From: a virus | Taxonomy: Duplodnaviria; Caudoviricetes | DNA: 62,240 bases | IMG/VR virus record: IMGVR_UViG_3300025120_000045 | Location: 1 to 62,240 of that record | Direction: 5' to 3' (one strand) | Shown here: positions 8,657-18,522 of the stretch, one piece after another | Numbering within the stretch: position 1 is the stretch's first letter | How the letters are laid out: each line of letters opens with the position of its first letter | Notes under the pieces: model-generated | Databases searched by the model: none | Told to the model about the DNA's origin: nothing | What the model saw: only the letters and a program-made list of their open reading frames with translations | Translations under genes and position numbers: made by a program

Positions 8657-9276
8657 TATATTATCATCTTTCTGCTCTCTCTATGAACTTTTCCTTTGTT
8701 GGCTTTTTTAAATCTTTCTGTTGGTAAAAATAAAGCAACATCCCAAGCATTAGCATTTATTTTAACAAACCTACCTCTTACACGACTCATTAAATACTTT
8801 TTAATACAAGGTTTAAAAAATCTAAACTTGCTAGCACTATTTAGCATCTTGTAGCTAAGTCTGATACGTGTGTCCTCATCATATTTCTTATCACTTGATA
8901 TAGTATATAAGCTATCCATCAATCTAGCTCTTAATCTTATATCTAAGTAATGTAAGTTAATTCCATAAAAAGCTCCACTTTCTGCTGCCCTACTTCTTGT
9001 GAATGCTTGTTTGAATGGAAAGATAAGAGGAAAGGTATCATAATAAGGCAAGTCATCCTTTGTTTTTGGATCATAAAAAAACTGATACATAAATCCAACT
9101 TGTAATTGTTTTGTCATCTGTGTTTTTGGAGCAGATGTGATTATTTGTCTTGGTTGTACACCTCTTGTTGTTCTAGCTAAATCTCTAAACCAATTCCTAG
9201 CACTTCTTGTCAAGTTTGGAATTTGACCAGATTGAATACCTTTATCAACTAGCTTGTCGTAAATATAAGCGACCAT
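8656..9276 (-). CDS. gp2: DNA end protector gp2
   Basis: YDPKTK..LPYYD.FPL, GINLHYL, PCIKKYL, LPTERF. Confidence 0.92.
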   Translation of the reverse strand: MVAYIYDKLVDKGIQSGQIPNLTRSARNWFRDLARTTRGVQPRQIITSAPKTQMTKQLQVGFMYQFFYDPKTKDDLPYYDTFPLIFPFKQAFTRSRAAESGAFYGINLHYLDIRLRARLMDSLYTISSDKKYDEDTRIRLSYKMLNSASKFRFFKPCIKKYLMSRVRGRFVKINANAWDVALFLPTERFKKANKGKVHRESRKMII

Positions 9277-9711
9277 CTAAATCTTTAATTCTTTTTCTGT
9301 TAATATTACAAATTCCCATTTCCTTGCTGCACAATATTCTCTTGCAGCTTTCCACTTATAAGTATTTATCGCAAATGTCTTAACTTCTGTAAGGTATCGC
9401 CTTGTCTTCTTCTTTTGTATTTTAGGTTCCTGAGTTTGTTTGTAAGGTTTAACTTCAATTACATATACTTGATCTTTTGTATTTTTAATAACAAAGTCAG
9501 GAAAATATCTATGGATCCTACCTGTAATTGGATGTCTATATGGTATAAACCATTCTTCACTTTGCCATTGAACAATGTCTGGTTTATTATCAAAATAAAT
9601 CATACACTGTTTTTCCCAAGAACTTCGATAAATAATGTTAGTAGGATCACCTTTATACTTGTGAGGGTGTTTTGGCTTAAATATACCTTTATAGGCTTTT
9701 GAATAGTCCAT
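9277..9711 (-). CDS. gp4: Head completion nuclease gp4
   Basis: YKG.FKP.HP.KYKGDP..IIYRSSWE, HRYFPDF, IEVKP, N..KW.AA. Confidence 0.95.
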   Translation of the reverse strand: MDYSKAYKGIFKPKHPHKYKGDPTNIIYRSSWEKQCMIYFDNKPDIVQWQSEEWFIPYRHPITGRIHRYFPDFVIKNTKDQVYVIEVKPYKQTQEPKIQKKKTRRYLTEVKTFAINTYKWKAAREYCAARKWEFVILTEKELKI

Positions 9712-9750
9712 ATGGTATTTTATAACAATTAACTAAGAAAGTCAAGCATT

Positions 9751-10776
9751 ATGTCTATAATGAGTGCTAAAGCAAATAGAAATCCAAATGCAGGTCCTGG
9801 AGAACCAGGTGATGACGGTCCTTTAAAATTATTAGATGGACCACTTGGTGCAGGTCAATCATTGCAATATCCAAGGAATATTACAAAAGTAGATCATTAT
9901 ATGGTTTTCTCAGCTTATGAAGAACACGCTTTCCAAGCATCTACAGTTAATAGACAAAATAAAAATAAACTTGGTTCTGTTTATCTTCCAATGCCATCTG
10001 GTTTAACAACAGCGTACGAACAAAGTTATGAAAATTCAGCTATGGGAGCTATAGGGGCTGAGTTAGCAGGAGCAGCATCTAATCAAGGTAGTGCTATAAG
10101 AGAGCAGGCAGCTTCTGGTGATGTATTGGGTGTTGGAAAAAGTTTGTCAAAAATAGGATTTGAAGCTGGAAAAAAATTAGCAAACCCAGCAGCTTTAGGA
10201 AATCTTTTATCAGGTGGAACAGGAGCAGCTTTAGCGGGAGGAGGAGTAGGTGGTCTTGCCAACAAATTTGAAAGAACAAGTGGTGTAGCAGGAGGATTAG
10301 CTGCAGGAGCAGCTGCTGGAGTTCAGCAAGGATTAAAAATTGCTGGGGCAGGAGTTGGAATAACAAGAAATCCTCATATGGCAGTTTTATATACTTCACC
10401 TAACTTTAGACAGTTTGAATTTGGATTTGAATTAAAACCAAAATCATATCACGAAAGTATTGATATTGGAAAAATAATACACTTTTTTAAATACTATAGT
10501 GCACCAGAATATTTAGCTCAAAATCATTTTTTTGATTATCCAAATCAATTCAAAGTATACTTTAAACATCCAGACTTCTTATTTAAAATGGGAGACATGG
10601 TATTAAAAAATGTTGCTATTGATTATCATGGAGAAGGAACACCTTTATATTATGATGCCTCTGCAGCACAAAGTAGTGGAAGAAAATTATTAGCTCCAGC
10701 TTCAGTTAAAATGCAATTAACTTTCCAAGAGATCAAAGTTCTTACTAAAACAGAGATTGAAAAGCAGGGTAGATAA
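9751..10776 (+). CDS. gp48: Baseplate tail-tube cap gp48
   Basis: LQYP, VYLPMP, NPH...LY..P.FR.F.F.F.L.PKS, LTFQE; divergent from gp4. Confidence 0.85.
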   Translation: MSIMSAKANRNPNAGPGEPGDDGPLKLLDGPLGAGQSLQYPRNITKVDHYMVFSAYEEHAFQASTVNRQNKNKLGSVYLPMPSGLTTAYEQSYENSAMGAIGAELAGAASNQGSAIREQAASGDVLGVGKSLSKIGFEAGKKLANPAALGNLLSGGTGAALAGGGVGGLANKFERTSGVAGGLAAGAAAGVQQGLKIAGAGVGITRNPHMAVLYTSPNFRQFEFGFELKPKSYHESIDIGKIIHFFKYYSAPEYLAQNHFFDYPNQFKVYFKHPDFLFKMGDMVLKNVAIDYHGEGTPLYYDASAAQSSGRKLLAPASVKMQLTFQEIKVLTKTEIEKQGR

Positions 10777-11354
10777 TGAGTTTTTATTTTAGACCATTTC
10801 CAAAAGTATCATACGATATTAAAAAAAATAATTTACCAATACTGTTGACTAATATTACAGCAAGGTATAAAATAAGAGATATACTAAAAAGCAGAACATC
10901 AATATATTTTAGTTACACTGTAAAGGATGGAGACAGACCAGATGTTTTAGCATATAAGTATTATGGTGATGAAACTTTAGATTGGTTAATATATTTGGTT
11001 AATGATATTATTGATCCTTACTATGATTGGCCATTAAGTGATGATGCTTTTAACAAATATATGACAACATTATATGGTAGTCCAAATACAGCTAGAGCAA
11101 CTACATATGAATATCGAAAGATATTGAATAGTCAATCCACACTAATAGATGGAACGGTTGTACCAGAAAGATTTGTTGTTGTTGATCAAAATACATATAA
11201 TGGTTTATCTACATCAGACAGAAAAGAAATAGATGCTTATCAATACTATGAAGAGCAAAATGATAAAAAAAGGGACATAAAGATTTTAAGTTCTGATTTT
11301 GTAGGACAAATTAAATCAGAAGTTGAGGTTATCTTTAGTGAAAATTACAACTAA
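10776..11354 (+). CDS. gp53: Baseplate wedge gp53
   Basis: YF..FP...Y, DGDRPD.LA..YYGD..LDWLI...N.I.DPYYDWP. Confidence 0.9.
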   Translation: MSFYFRPFPKVSYDIKKNNLPILLTNITARYKIRDILKSRTSIYFSYTVKDGDRPDVLAYKYYGDETLDWLIYLVNDIIDPYYDWPLSDDAFNKYMTTLYGSPNTARATTYEYRKILNSQSTLIDGTVVPERFVVVDQNTYNGLSTSDRKEIDAYQYYEEQNDKKRDIKILSSDFVGQIKSEVEVIFSENYN

Positions 11355-12973
11355 TGGCAGAAACATCAGAAAACAAGAATGCAAGACCCAATGATATAGC
11401 TGGCTTTTCATGTAGAATAGTTAATTATAAAGGAGAAGCAATAGATATTACAGATCAAGTTGATACATTTAACATATATGAAGATTTAACAAGCCCTGTA
11501 TCTTCTTGTGAATTATTAATAATTGATGCTTTAGGTTTACCAGAACGATTTCCTATAGTAGGTGAAGAGTATGTTGTAATGACTTATAGAACAAGAGGTC
11601 AAAAAAAATTTCAAGATCGTGATGGGGAAAAACATCAAGAAGAATATGATCTTAGAGTTAGATCATTTAGGGTTTATAAACTTAGAAATAAAGTTGAATC
11701 AAAGGAAAGGCAACATAACTATGTTTTAATGTGTGTTGATGATCATTTAATGTTAAATGAAATGACTGATTTAGATGGAAGTTTTGTTGGTCAAAACTGT
11801 ACTTTAGCAGCAAACACTATTTTTCATAACAACTTTATTAAAACAGATGAAGTGTTTAGACCATTTGACAAGTATCCACGTTTATATGGTGTTAACAAAA
11901 ATGATGTCTTAAAATCAGTAAACAATTCATCATACATAGCACCTGGTGTTACACCTTTTGAAGCAATTACATATTTGAGAGAAGAAGCACAACATGAAAA
12001 TAATTTAGATAATAATAGTGATTATGTGTTCTTTCAAACATACTTAGGATTTCATTTGACGACACTTTCAGAATTAAAAAATCAAACACCTCAATTTAAA
12101 TTTATAGTTCAAGATGGAGCAGCTGAAGAGAAAAAACAAGATACTGTACCACGAGAAGAAACAGGTGAAAGAGAGGATCTAAATGATAGAATGACAGTAA
12201 ATAATTTTAGTATTAAAAAAACATTTGACACACTTCACAACCTATCTCTTGGAACATATGGTAATAGAGTAGCAGCCATTGATATATTAACAAAAAAATT
12301 TGATGAGAAAAGTTTTAGCTATAATGAAGACTACAAAAAATTAAAAACTTTAGATGTTGGTAGATTGACAACAGATGATAGTTTATTTAAATTTTCTGGT
12401 TCAACCCACACAAGATATTTACCAACAGAGTTACTATCAACAAACATTAATACAGGAAGTCCTACAGGATTCACACCTACAGAATCAAGCTATGCAACTA
12501 CTCCATATTTTTTTCCAATTGATAAAGAAAATCCTGATGAAAAAAAAGATAAAATTTCAGGAACAATTAGTAACAAAGCTGCTTCAGAAAGATTAGCAAA
12601 AATAATTGCTAATGATCCAAAACTTGCTAATCCAAGAAGAAAACAACACGTATTAAATGAAAGAATATCCTCTAAAGCTCTATTAGATAATATTTTAATT
12701 AATATTACTGTTCCTGGAAACAGTGATGTTAAAGTTGGAGATACTATAAACCTGTATATTCCTCAAACATCAAGTGGCATGGATGAACTGATGTACAATA
12801 TGTTTTTTGGTCAAGTTGATCCAAAGTTTTTAGTGGTTAAGTTGAGACAGTCTTATGAAAACAAAGCACAAGGATACCAAACTGTATTAACTGTTATAAA
12901 AGATAGTTTTAAAGATGAAATAGCAACTACTGTACAAAAAGTTAATGATTCTGAAGGAGTTAGTGATGACTAG
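11354..12973 (+). CDS. Baseplate hub protein (gp27-like)
   Basis: FNIYEDL, PIVGEEY, VPGNS...VGD; position between gp53 and gp5. Confidence 0.65.
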   Translation: MAETSENKNARPNDIAGFSCRIVNYKGEAIDITDQVDTFNIYEDLTSPVSSCELLIIDALGLPERFPIVGEEYVVMTYRTRGQKKFQDRDGEKHQEEYDLRVRSFRVYKLRNKVESKERQHNYVLMCVDDHLMLNEMTDLDGSFVGQNCTLAANTIFHNNFIKTDEVFRPFDKYPRLYGVNKNDVLKSVNNSSYIAPGVTPFEAITYLREEAQHENNLDNNSDYVFFQTYLGFHLTTLSELKNQTPQFKFIVQDGAAEEKKQDTVPREETGEREDLNDRMTVNNFSIKKTFDTLHNLSLGTYGNRVAAIDILTKKFDEKSFSYNEDYKKLKTLDVGRLTTDDSLFKFSGSTHTRYLPTELLSTNINTGSPTGFTPTESSYATTPYFFPIDKENPDEKKDKISGTISNKAASERLAKIIANDPKLANPRRKQHVLNERISSKALLDNILINITVPGNSDVKVGDTINLYIPQTSSGMDELMYNMFFGQVDPKFLVVKLRQSYENKAQGYQTVLTVIKDSFKDEIATTVQKVNDSEGVSDD

Positions 12974-14105
12974 TAAAACATTTGATCAAGAATATTTAGG
13001 ATTAGGTGGCTTTGTTTGGTTCTTTGGAGTTGTAGAAGATGTATTGGATCCATTAAAAACAGGTAGAGTAAAAGTTAGATGCTATGATTGGCACACGTCT
13101 GACAAAGGAAAACTACCTACAAGTCAAATACCTTGGGCACAAGTAATGATGCCTGCAAATAATGCATCTATATCTGGTATTGGTACATCACCAAATGGAT
13201 TGAAACAAGGTAGTTGGGTTATAGGATTTTTCTTAGATGGTGGACAAGCACAAAGACCATTTATAATGGGATCTATACCTGCAATACCAAGTACTTTATC
13301 AAATAAACAATATGGATTTAATGATCCAGAAGAAAAATATCCAACCGTAATACATGAACCAGATTCAAATAGATTAGCAAGAAATGATGCTAATAATGCT
13401 CATAGTGTTATTGAAACTAAAAATCATTTAAAAGCAAATAATATAACTATTGCATTGGGTGGTGGAGAAAAACCTGCTGCCAATAACTGGGGAGAGCCTG
13501 TAAGTGCTTATGGAGCTGTGTATCCTAACAATCATGTATTTGCAACAGAAAGTGGTCATATAAAAGAATATGACGATACACCAAATAACGAAAGGATCCA
13601 TGAGTATCATAAATCAGGAACATTTTATGAAATAGATAAACGAGGAATCAAGACAACAAGAGTAGTTGCAAACAATTATACTATTATAGCTAATAACGAT
13701 CATGTTTATATCAAAGGTGTTTGTAATTTATTTATTGGTGCAAACTGTAACACTTATATTGCTGGTAATTGGAATATAGATGTGGCTGGAAATAAAAATG
13801 AAAGAATAGCTGGTGATTATAAACAAACAGTTTCTGGAACAACCCATCTATCAAGAACAGCATTAAATGAAACATCCACAGCAACAAGTCAAACTTATAC
13901 AGGCAACTATGCTGTACGATATAACTTAACAAGTGAATTTCATCACGAAGGTGATAGAAAAACATTTAGAGGTGCTGATGATTATTTAAGACATGATGAA
14001 GGAGTAGATTTCTCATGTCCAACAGATCCATCAAGAACATCAGATGAAAATTGTGATGATTTAACAGTACCTACAACACCCACGAATGTTGCAAATTCGG
14101 GATAA
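12966..14105 (+). CDS. gp5: Baseplate spike gp5 (OB fold and beta-helix, no lysozyme domain evident)
   Basis: WFFGVVED..DPLK.GRVKVRC, IPWA, WVIGFFLDG, YP.NHV..TESGH..EYDDTP..ERIH.YH. Start placed at ATG 12966 after a GGAG RBS (track start 12945). Confidence 0.9.
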   Translation: MTSKTFDQEYLGLGGFVWFFGVVEDVLDPLKTGRVKVRCYDWHTSDKGKLPTSQIPWAQVMMPANNASISGIGTSPNGLKQGSWVIGFFLDGGQAQRPFIMGSIPAIPSTLSNKQYGFNDPEEKYPTVIHEPDSNRLARNDANNAHSVIETKNHLKANNITIALGGGEKPAANNWGEPVSAYGAVYPNNHVFATESGHIKEYDDTPNNERIHEYHKSGTFYEIDKRGIKTTRVVANNYTIIANNDHVYIKGVCNLFIGANCNTYIAGNWNIDVAGNKNERIAGDYKQTVSGTTHLSRTALNETSTATSQTYTGNYAVRYNLTSEFHHEGDRKTFRGADDYLRHDEGVDFSCPTDPSRTSDENCDDLTVPTTPTNVANSG

Positions 14106-14126
14106 ATAATATAAAAGGAAGAGAAT

Positions 14127-14294
14127 ATGAATACACACGAAACTTTAGTTAGCTTATTTAACACTTATACTAACGAAAATGAAAAAGCTATGACTGGTAA
14201 CAAAAGTGCTGGTACTAGAGCAAGGAAAGCATTGAGTGAAATCTCTAAACTGTGTAAAGATAGGCGCAAAGAGATACAAGAATCTAAGCAATAG
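14127..14294 (+). CDS. Histone H1-like (Hc1-family) small basic protein, 55 aa
   Basis: MNTHETLVSLFNTYTNENEKAMTGNKSAGTRARKALSEISKLCKDRRKEIQESKQ*; GNK(S/A)AGTRARKA motif; AGGA RBS and GATAAATA upstream. Not in the ORF track. Confidence 0.75.
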   Translation: MNTHETLVSLFNTYTNENEKAMTGNKSAGTRARKALSEISKLCKDRRKEIQESKQ

Positions 14295-14318
14295 TAATAA
14301 ATAGGTCAGAGGTTCAAA

Positions 14319-14714
14319 ATGGCAGGAATTAACAACGTTGTTTATAAAGATTTCGATATCTTGTTTGATAGACATCCAGTTACAAGAAAGTTAAACACAT
14401 TAACAAATAATGCTGCAATTGCTCGATCTGTTAAAAATCTTATTTTAACAAATAAAGGTGAAAGACCTTATCAACCATTTATTGGTGGAGATGTAAGATC
14501 AAAACTATTTGAGTTAAATGATGGTACTGTTGAACAAGAAATAAAAGAAGCTATTGAAGATGCTATTAAAGAATATGAACCAAGAGCTGAATTAATTGAT
14601 GTATTTGCAGATCAAAATATAGATGGAAACAGTATCAATGTAACAATAAAATTTAGAGCTGTAAACCAAACAACACCAGTAGAAATACAATTTTTATTAG
14701 AGAGAGTTAGATAA
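14319..14714 (+). CDS. gp25: Baseplate wedge gp25
   Basis: YKD.D..F..HPVT, SVKNLILT..GERP..P..G, YEPR. Confidence 0.93.
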   Translation: MAGINNVVYKDFDILFDRHPVTRKLNTLTNNAAIARSVKNLILTNKGERPYQPFIGGDVRSKLFELNDGTVEQEIKEAIEDAIKEYEPRAELIDVFADQNIDGNSINVTIKFRAVNQTTPVEIQFLLERVR

Positions 14715-16591
14715 TGGCTGCAAATAGTGCTATAAGAGTTACAAATTTAAACTTTAATCAAATAAAGAATAATCTTAAAAGTTTTTTAAGAACAAAGCCA
14801 GATTTCACTGACTATGATTTTGAAGGAAGTGCATTATCTAATTTGGTAGATTTACTTGCATACAACACTTATCAACAATCAATTTATACTAACATGGTTG
14901 GCAATGAAATGTTCCTTGATAGTGCTCAGATAAGAAACAATGTAGTTGCTAGAGCTAAGATGGTTGGATATACTCCAACCTCAGCAAGAGGATCATCAGC
15001 AGTTATCAAAGCTGTAATAACACCTTCAACAAATGTAGCAAGTGTAACTATTGCCTCAAATACATTATTCACATCTACTATTGATGGAATATCTTATAAG
15101 TTTACAACAACAGAGCCCCATGTGTTAACACGAGGAGCTAGTTATACAAGTAATACTATTTCTATTAGTGAAGGTGAACCCTTAACACAAAAATTTACTG
15201 TTAACACTTCTACAGCCCAAAGATATATTCTTGATAATAATAATGTTGATACAACAAGTATTAAAGTTCAAGTTCAAACAAGTGCCGCTAATACATCAAA
15301 GATTACATGGTCACAAGCAAGTAATTTAGTAGATGTTCAAGCCAATAGTGCTGTATACTTTATTCAAGAAAATGAAGATGGAAAATATGAGTTGTTATTT
15401 GGTGATGATGTATTAGGCCAATCTGTAGATAATGGTAATATTGTAATATCAGATTACAGAGTTGTCAACGGTAGTGTTGTAAATGGTGCTAATAATTTTG
15501 TTGCTCCTGGATCACTAGGAGGACAATCTACATTTGCTGTAACAGTTGCAAGCTCAGCTACTGGTGGTGCTAATGCAGAAAGTGTAAATAGTATAAAATT
15601 TAATGCACCAAAAAGTTTCCAAAGACAAAATAGAGCAGTTATAAAAAATGATTATGCAAGAACATTATTAGCCGAAGCACCAGATCTTGCTGGAGCAAGT
15701 GTATGGGGCGGTGAAGATAATAATCCACCAATTTATGGTAAAGTTTATATTTCAGCTAAACCTAGTACAGGTAATATTTTATCTGATCAAAGAAAAGCTG
15801 AATTAATTTCTTTATTATCATCCAAGAATGTTGTAACTATTACACCAGAGTTTGTTGATGCTACATTCTTATACGTTGTTCCATCTGTAACAACAAGATA
15901 TAATAGTGGTGCAACAACGATAAGTGCTGGTCAAATATCTGATAAAATTAGTACAGCAATACTTAACTTTGAGACAAGCCAATTAAGTTTGTTTGATAAG
16001 AAGTTTAGAGAAAGTTCATTCATTGCAGCAATGGTTGCTGCAGATCAAAGTATATTGGGTGCGAATGTGACTTATAGAATGATGAAAAGATTTACTCCAA
16101 ATCAAAACATAACAACATCTTACAGCCTTGCATTTAATAATGGAATATTTAATCCACATGCTGGACACTATGGTGCTGTTAGTTCAACATCATTTACTTA
16201 TGAAGGTCAAACATGCTTCCTTGATGATAATGGAAATGGTATTTTAAGAATTTACTATTTAGATGTTAATAATGCAAAAGTTTATATTAACTCAAGTGCT
16301 GGTATAGTAAACTATAGTTCAGGATTAGTTACAATTAGTAGTGTTATTATAACAAGTTCTTCTACAATAGAAGTGAATTGTAAACCAGCAATTAATGATA
16401 TCTCTCCTACAAGAAATATGATTCTATTAATTTCAAAGGCATCCATTGTTGTTATAAATGATTCAACAGGAATTACAGAATCTAGTGTTTCTAATGTAAC
16501 AACAGCTGGTACAACAGAAACAACAACTAGTGAGACAAGTTCAATTCTATCTACAGGATCCACTGGCGGTGTTACTAATCTGGTGTACTGA
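14714..16591 (+). CDS. gp6: Baseplate wedge gp6
   Basis: FTDYDFEGSALS.L.D.LAYNT, EMFLDSA, FGD.VLG, IKFNAP, QNRAV...DY, WGGEDN.PP.YGKV. Confidence 0.95.
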   Translation: MAANSAIRVTNLNFNQIKNNLKSFLRTKPDFTDYDFEGSALSNLVDLLAYNTYQQSIYTNMVGNEMFLDSAQIRNNVVARAKMVGYTPTSARGSSAVIKAVITPSTNVASVTIASNTLFTSTIDGISYKFTTTEPHVLTRGASYTSNTISISEGEPLTQKFTVNTSTAQRYILDNNNVDTTSIKVQVQTSAANTSKITWSQASNLVDVQANSAVYFIQENEDGKYELLFGDDVLGQSVDNGNIVISDYRVVNGSVVNGANNFVAPGSLGGQSTFAVTVASSATGGANAESVNSIKFNAPKSFQRQNRAVIKNDYARTLLAEAPDLAGASVWGGEDNNPPIYGKVYISAKPSTGNILSDQRKAELISLLSSKNVVTITPEFVDATFLYVVPSVTTRYNSGATTISAGQISDKISTAILNFETSQLSLFDKKFRESSFIAAMVAADQSILGANVTYRMMKRFTPNQNITTSYSLAFNNGIFNPHAGHYGAVSSTSFTYEGQTCFLDDNGNGILRIYYLDVNNAKVYINSSAGIVNYSSGLVTISSVIITSSSTIEVNCKPAINDISPTRNMILLISKASIVVINDSTGITESSVSNVTTAGTTETTTSETSSILSTGSTGGVTNLVY

Positions 16592-18288
16592 TGGCTATTT
16601 CAAAAAAAGTCTCAACACTAATAAACACTCAAGTTCCAGAGTTTATCAGAACAGATGCTCCATTATTTAAATCTTTTGTTGAAGGTTATTACGAATTCTT
16701 AGAACAAGGTAATAATGTTTTAGACGAAAGTAGAAAACTTTTAGCTTATCAAGATGTAGACTCTTCAATAGACAAGTATATCGAGTATCTTAAAAGAGAA
16801 TTAATTCCAGATTTACCACAAACAACAGCTGCTAATACTCACATATTAATGAAGAGAGCTACTGACCTTTATAAGTCAAGAGGTAGTGAGAAAAGTTACA
16901 GATTGTTGTTCAGAGCTTTATATAATGAAGAGGTTGAAATATATGATCCAGGTGCAAGTATACTTAGAGCAAGTGATGGACGATATTCAAAAGAACAAAG
17001 TATAAGAGTTGGCGATCCATCATTAAGTAATACAGAATTATTACTTGGACAAACTATAACAGGATTAGTTAGTAATGCAACAGGTAAAGTAGAAAGATCA
17101 ACACAAACAGTTGAATCTGGATTCTTAGTTAGAGAATTATTTTTATCTAATGTGAGTGGTACTTTTCAAGATTTAGAATTAGTTAGAAATACTGCCAACA
17201 CTGTTAATGCAACAATTTATAATGTTACTGGTGTAATAACAAATGTAAATATTGTTGATAAAGGTGCTGGTCATGTTTTGGGAGATACCTTATCAATATC
17301 ATCTCCAACTTCAGTAAACTCAGCAATAGCAACTATTTCAGATACAGATAACTTTAGTGCTGTTCAATTTACAGTAACAGAAGGTGGTTCTGGATATACA
17401 GTATCAAATAATATAGTTGCTATTACACAAAATCAAGTTGGAGTTGGAGCTTCTTTTTATGTAAATTCAATAAGTAATACAGAAGTGTTGTTATTAGATG
17501 GAGATGATATATCTTCAGTTGCTAATGTACCACTAAACACAACTGGAGGTACAACTAACTCAAATACAAATACAGCTTTTGTAAGATTAGGTGCTAATAG
17601 TAGAGCAGTAAGTGCAAATTTAGCAACAGCCAATGTTAATAGTAAACTTGGAAATGCTTTAGCTTTTACAAATACAACAGTTGGATCTATTAATACTGTT
17701 TATCAAACGTCATATGGATATAATTATACTAATCTTCCTTCAGTATCAGTTAGAAATCCAGCTGTTGCAGAATTGAGAATTCCTGATCCAAATCAACCCA
17801 ATTCATTTAAAGGTAATAATGCTATTATAACTGCATCACATTTAGACGGAGCAGTTAAAGCTATCACAGTGACAGATGGTGGAACCAACTTTAACAAATA
17901 TGATACTTTAACTATTGATAATACTACAAGAACTCCTACTGCAAATGTAACTGGTTTACCATCAATTACTGGTATTAAATCTTATGAAGGAAAGTATACA
18001 GATACAAAAGGCTTTTTATCATGGAATAATAGATTACAAGATAATTATTTTTATCAAGTTTATAGTTATGTAATTAAATCAAATAATGCATTAAACAAAT
18101 ATAAGCAATTTGTAGATGATTTACTACATCCAGCAGGAACAAAAATGTTTGGTGAAGTAAGAACAATAAGTGTTGTATCAACACCAACAATATTAGTTAG
18201 TAATGTGAACTTAACAACTGGTAACACAACATTTGATAGTACAGTTCTTACATTTGATTCAAGTAATACAACATTTGACAAGTTTTAA
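16591..18288 (+). CDS. Baseplate wedge protein (gp7-like)
   Basis: Q.PEFIR, YYEFLE, YKSRGSE.SY.LLFR.LY, LQDNYFYQ.YSYVIKS, HPAGTKMFGE; C-terminal TFD repeats. Confidence 0.8.
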   Translation: MAISKKVSTLINTQVPEFIRTDAPLFKSFVEGYYEFLEQGNNVLDESRKLLAYQDVDSSIDKYIEYLKRELIPDLPQTTAANTHILMKRATDLYKSRGSEKSYRLLFRALYNEEVEIYDPGASILRASDGRYSKEQSIRVGDPSLSNTELLLGQTITGLVSNATGKVERSTQTVESGFLVRELFLSNVSGTFQDLELVRNTANTVNATIYNVTGVITNVNIVDKGAGHVLGDTLSISSPTSVNSAIATISDTDNFSAVQFTVTEGGSGYTVSNNIVAITQNQVGVGASFYVNSISNTEVLLLDGDDISSVANVPLNTTGGTTNSNTNTAFVRLGANSRAVSANLATANVNSKLGNALAFTNTTVGSINTVYQTSYGYNYTNLPSVSVRNPAVAELRIPDPNQPNSFKGNNAIITASHLDGAVKAITVTDGGTNFNKYDTLTIDNTTRTPTANVTGLPSITGIKSYEGKYTDTKGFLSWNNRLQDNYFYQVYSYVIKSNNALNKYKQFVDDLLHPAGTKMFGEVRTISVVSTPTILVSNVNLTTGNTTFDSTVLTFDSSNTTFDKF

Positions 18289-18296
18289 TATAAATA
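18289..18296 (+). promoter_or_regulatory. T4-type late promoter
   Basis: TATAAATA upstream of 18313. Confidence 0.7.
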
Positions 18297-18312
18297 GGAT
18301 TAAGGAAAAAGA

Positions 18313-18522
18313 ATGGATAAATTTATAGCAAATTTAGATAGATTGAGAATATTTCCAAGATTATTCATAAGTGTATATATTTGGATGTTTTATGATGTGG
18401 TGCAATGGTTTATGATGTTAGAAGCACCTACAAATCAACAAGCTGGTTTAGTATCAATTATAGTTGGTGCTGGTGCAGCATGGTTTGGTTTATATGTTAG
18501 AACTTCAGGGAAAGACAAATAA
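18313..18522 (+). CDS. Small two-TM membrane protein (holin-like)
   Basis: 69 aa, two hydrophobic segments, basic C-terminus. Confidence 0.55.
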   Translation: MDKFIANLDRLRIFPRLFISVYIWMFYDVVQWFMMLEAPTNQQAGLVSIIVGAGAAWFGLYVRTSGKDK

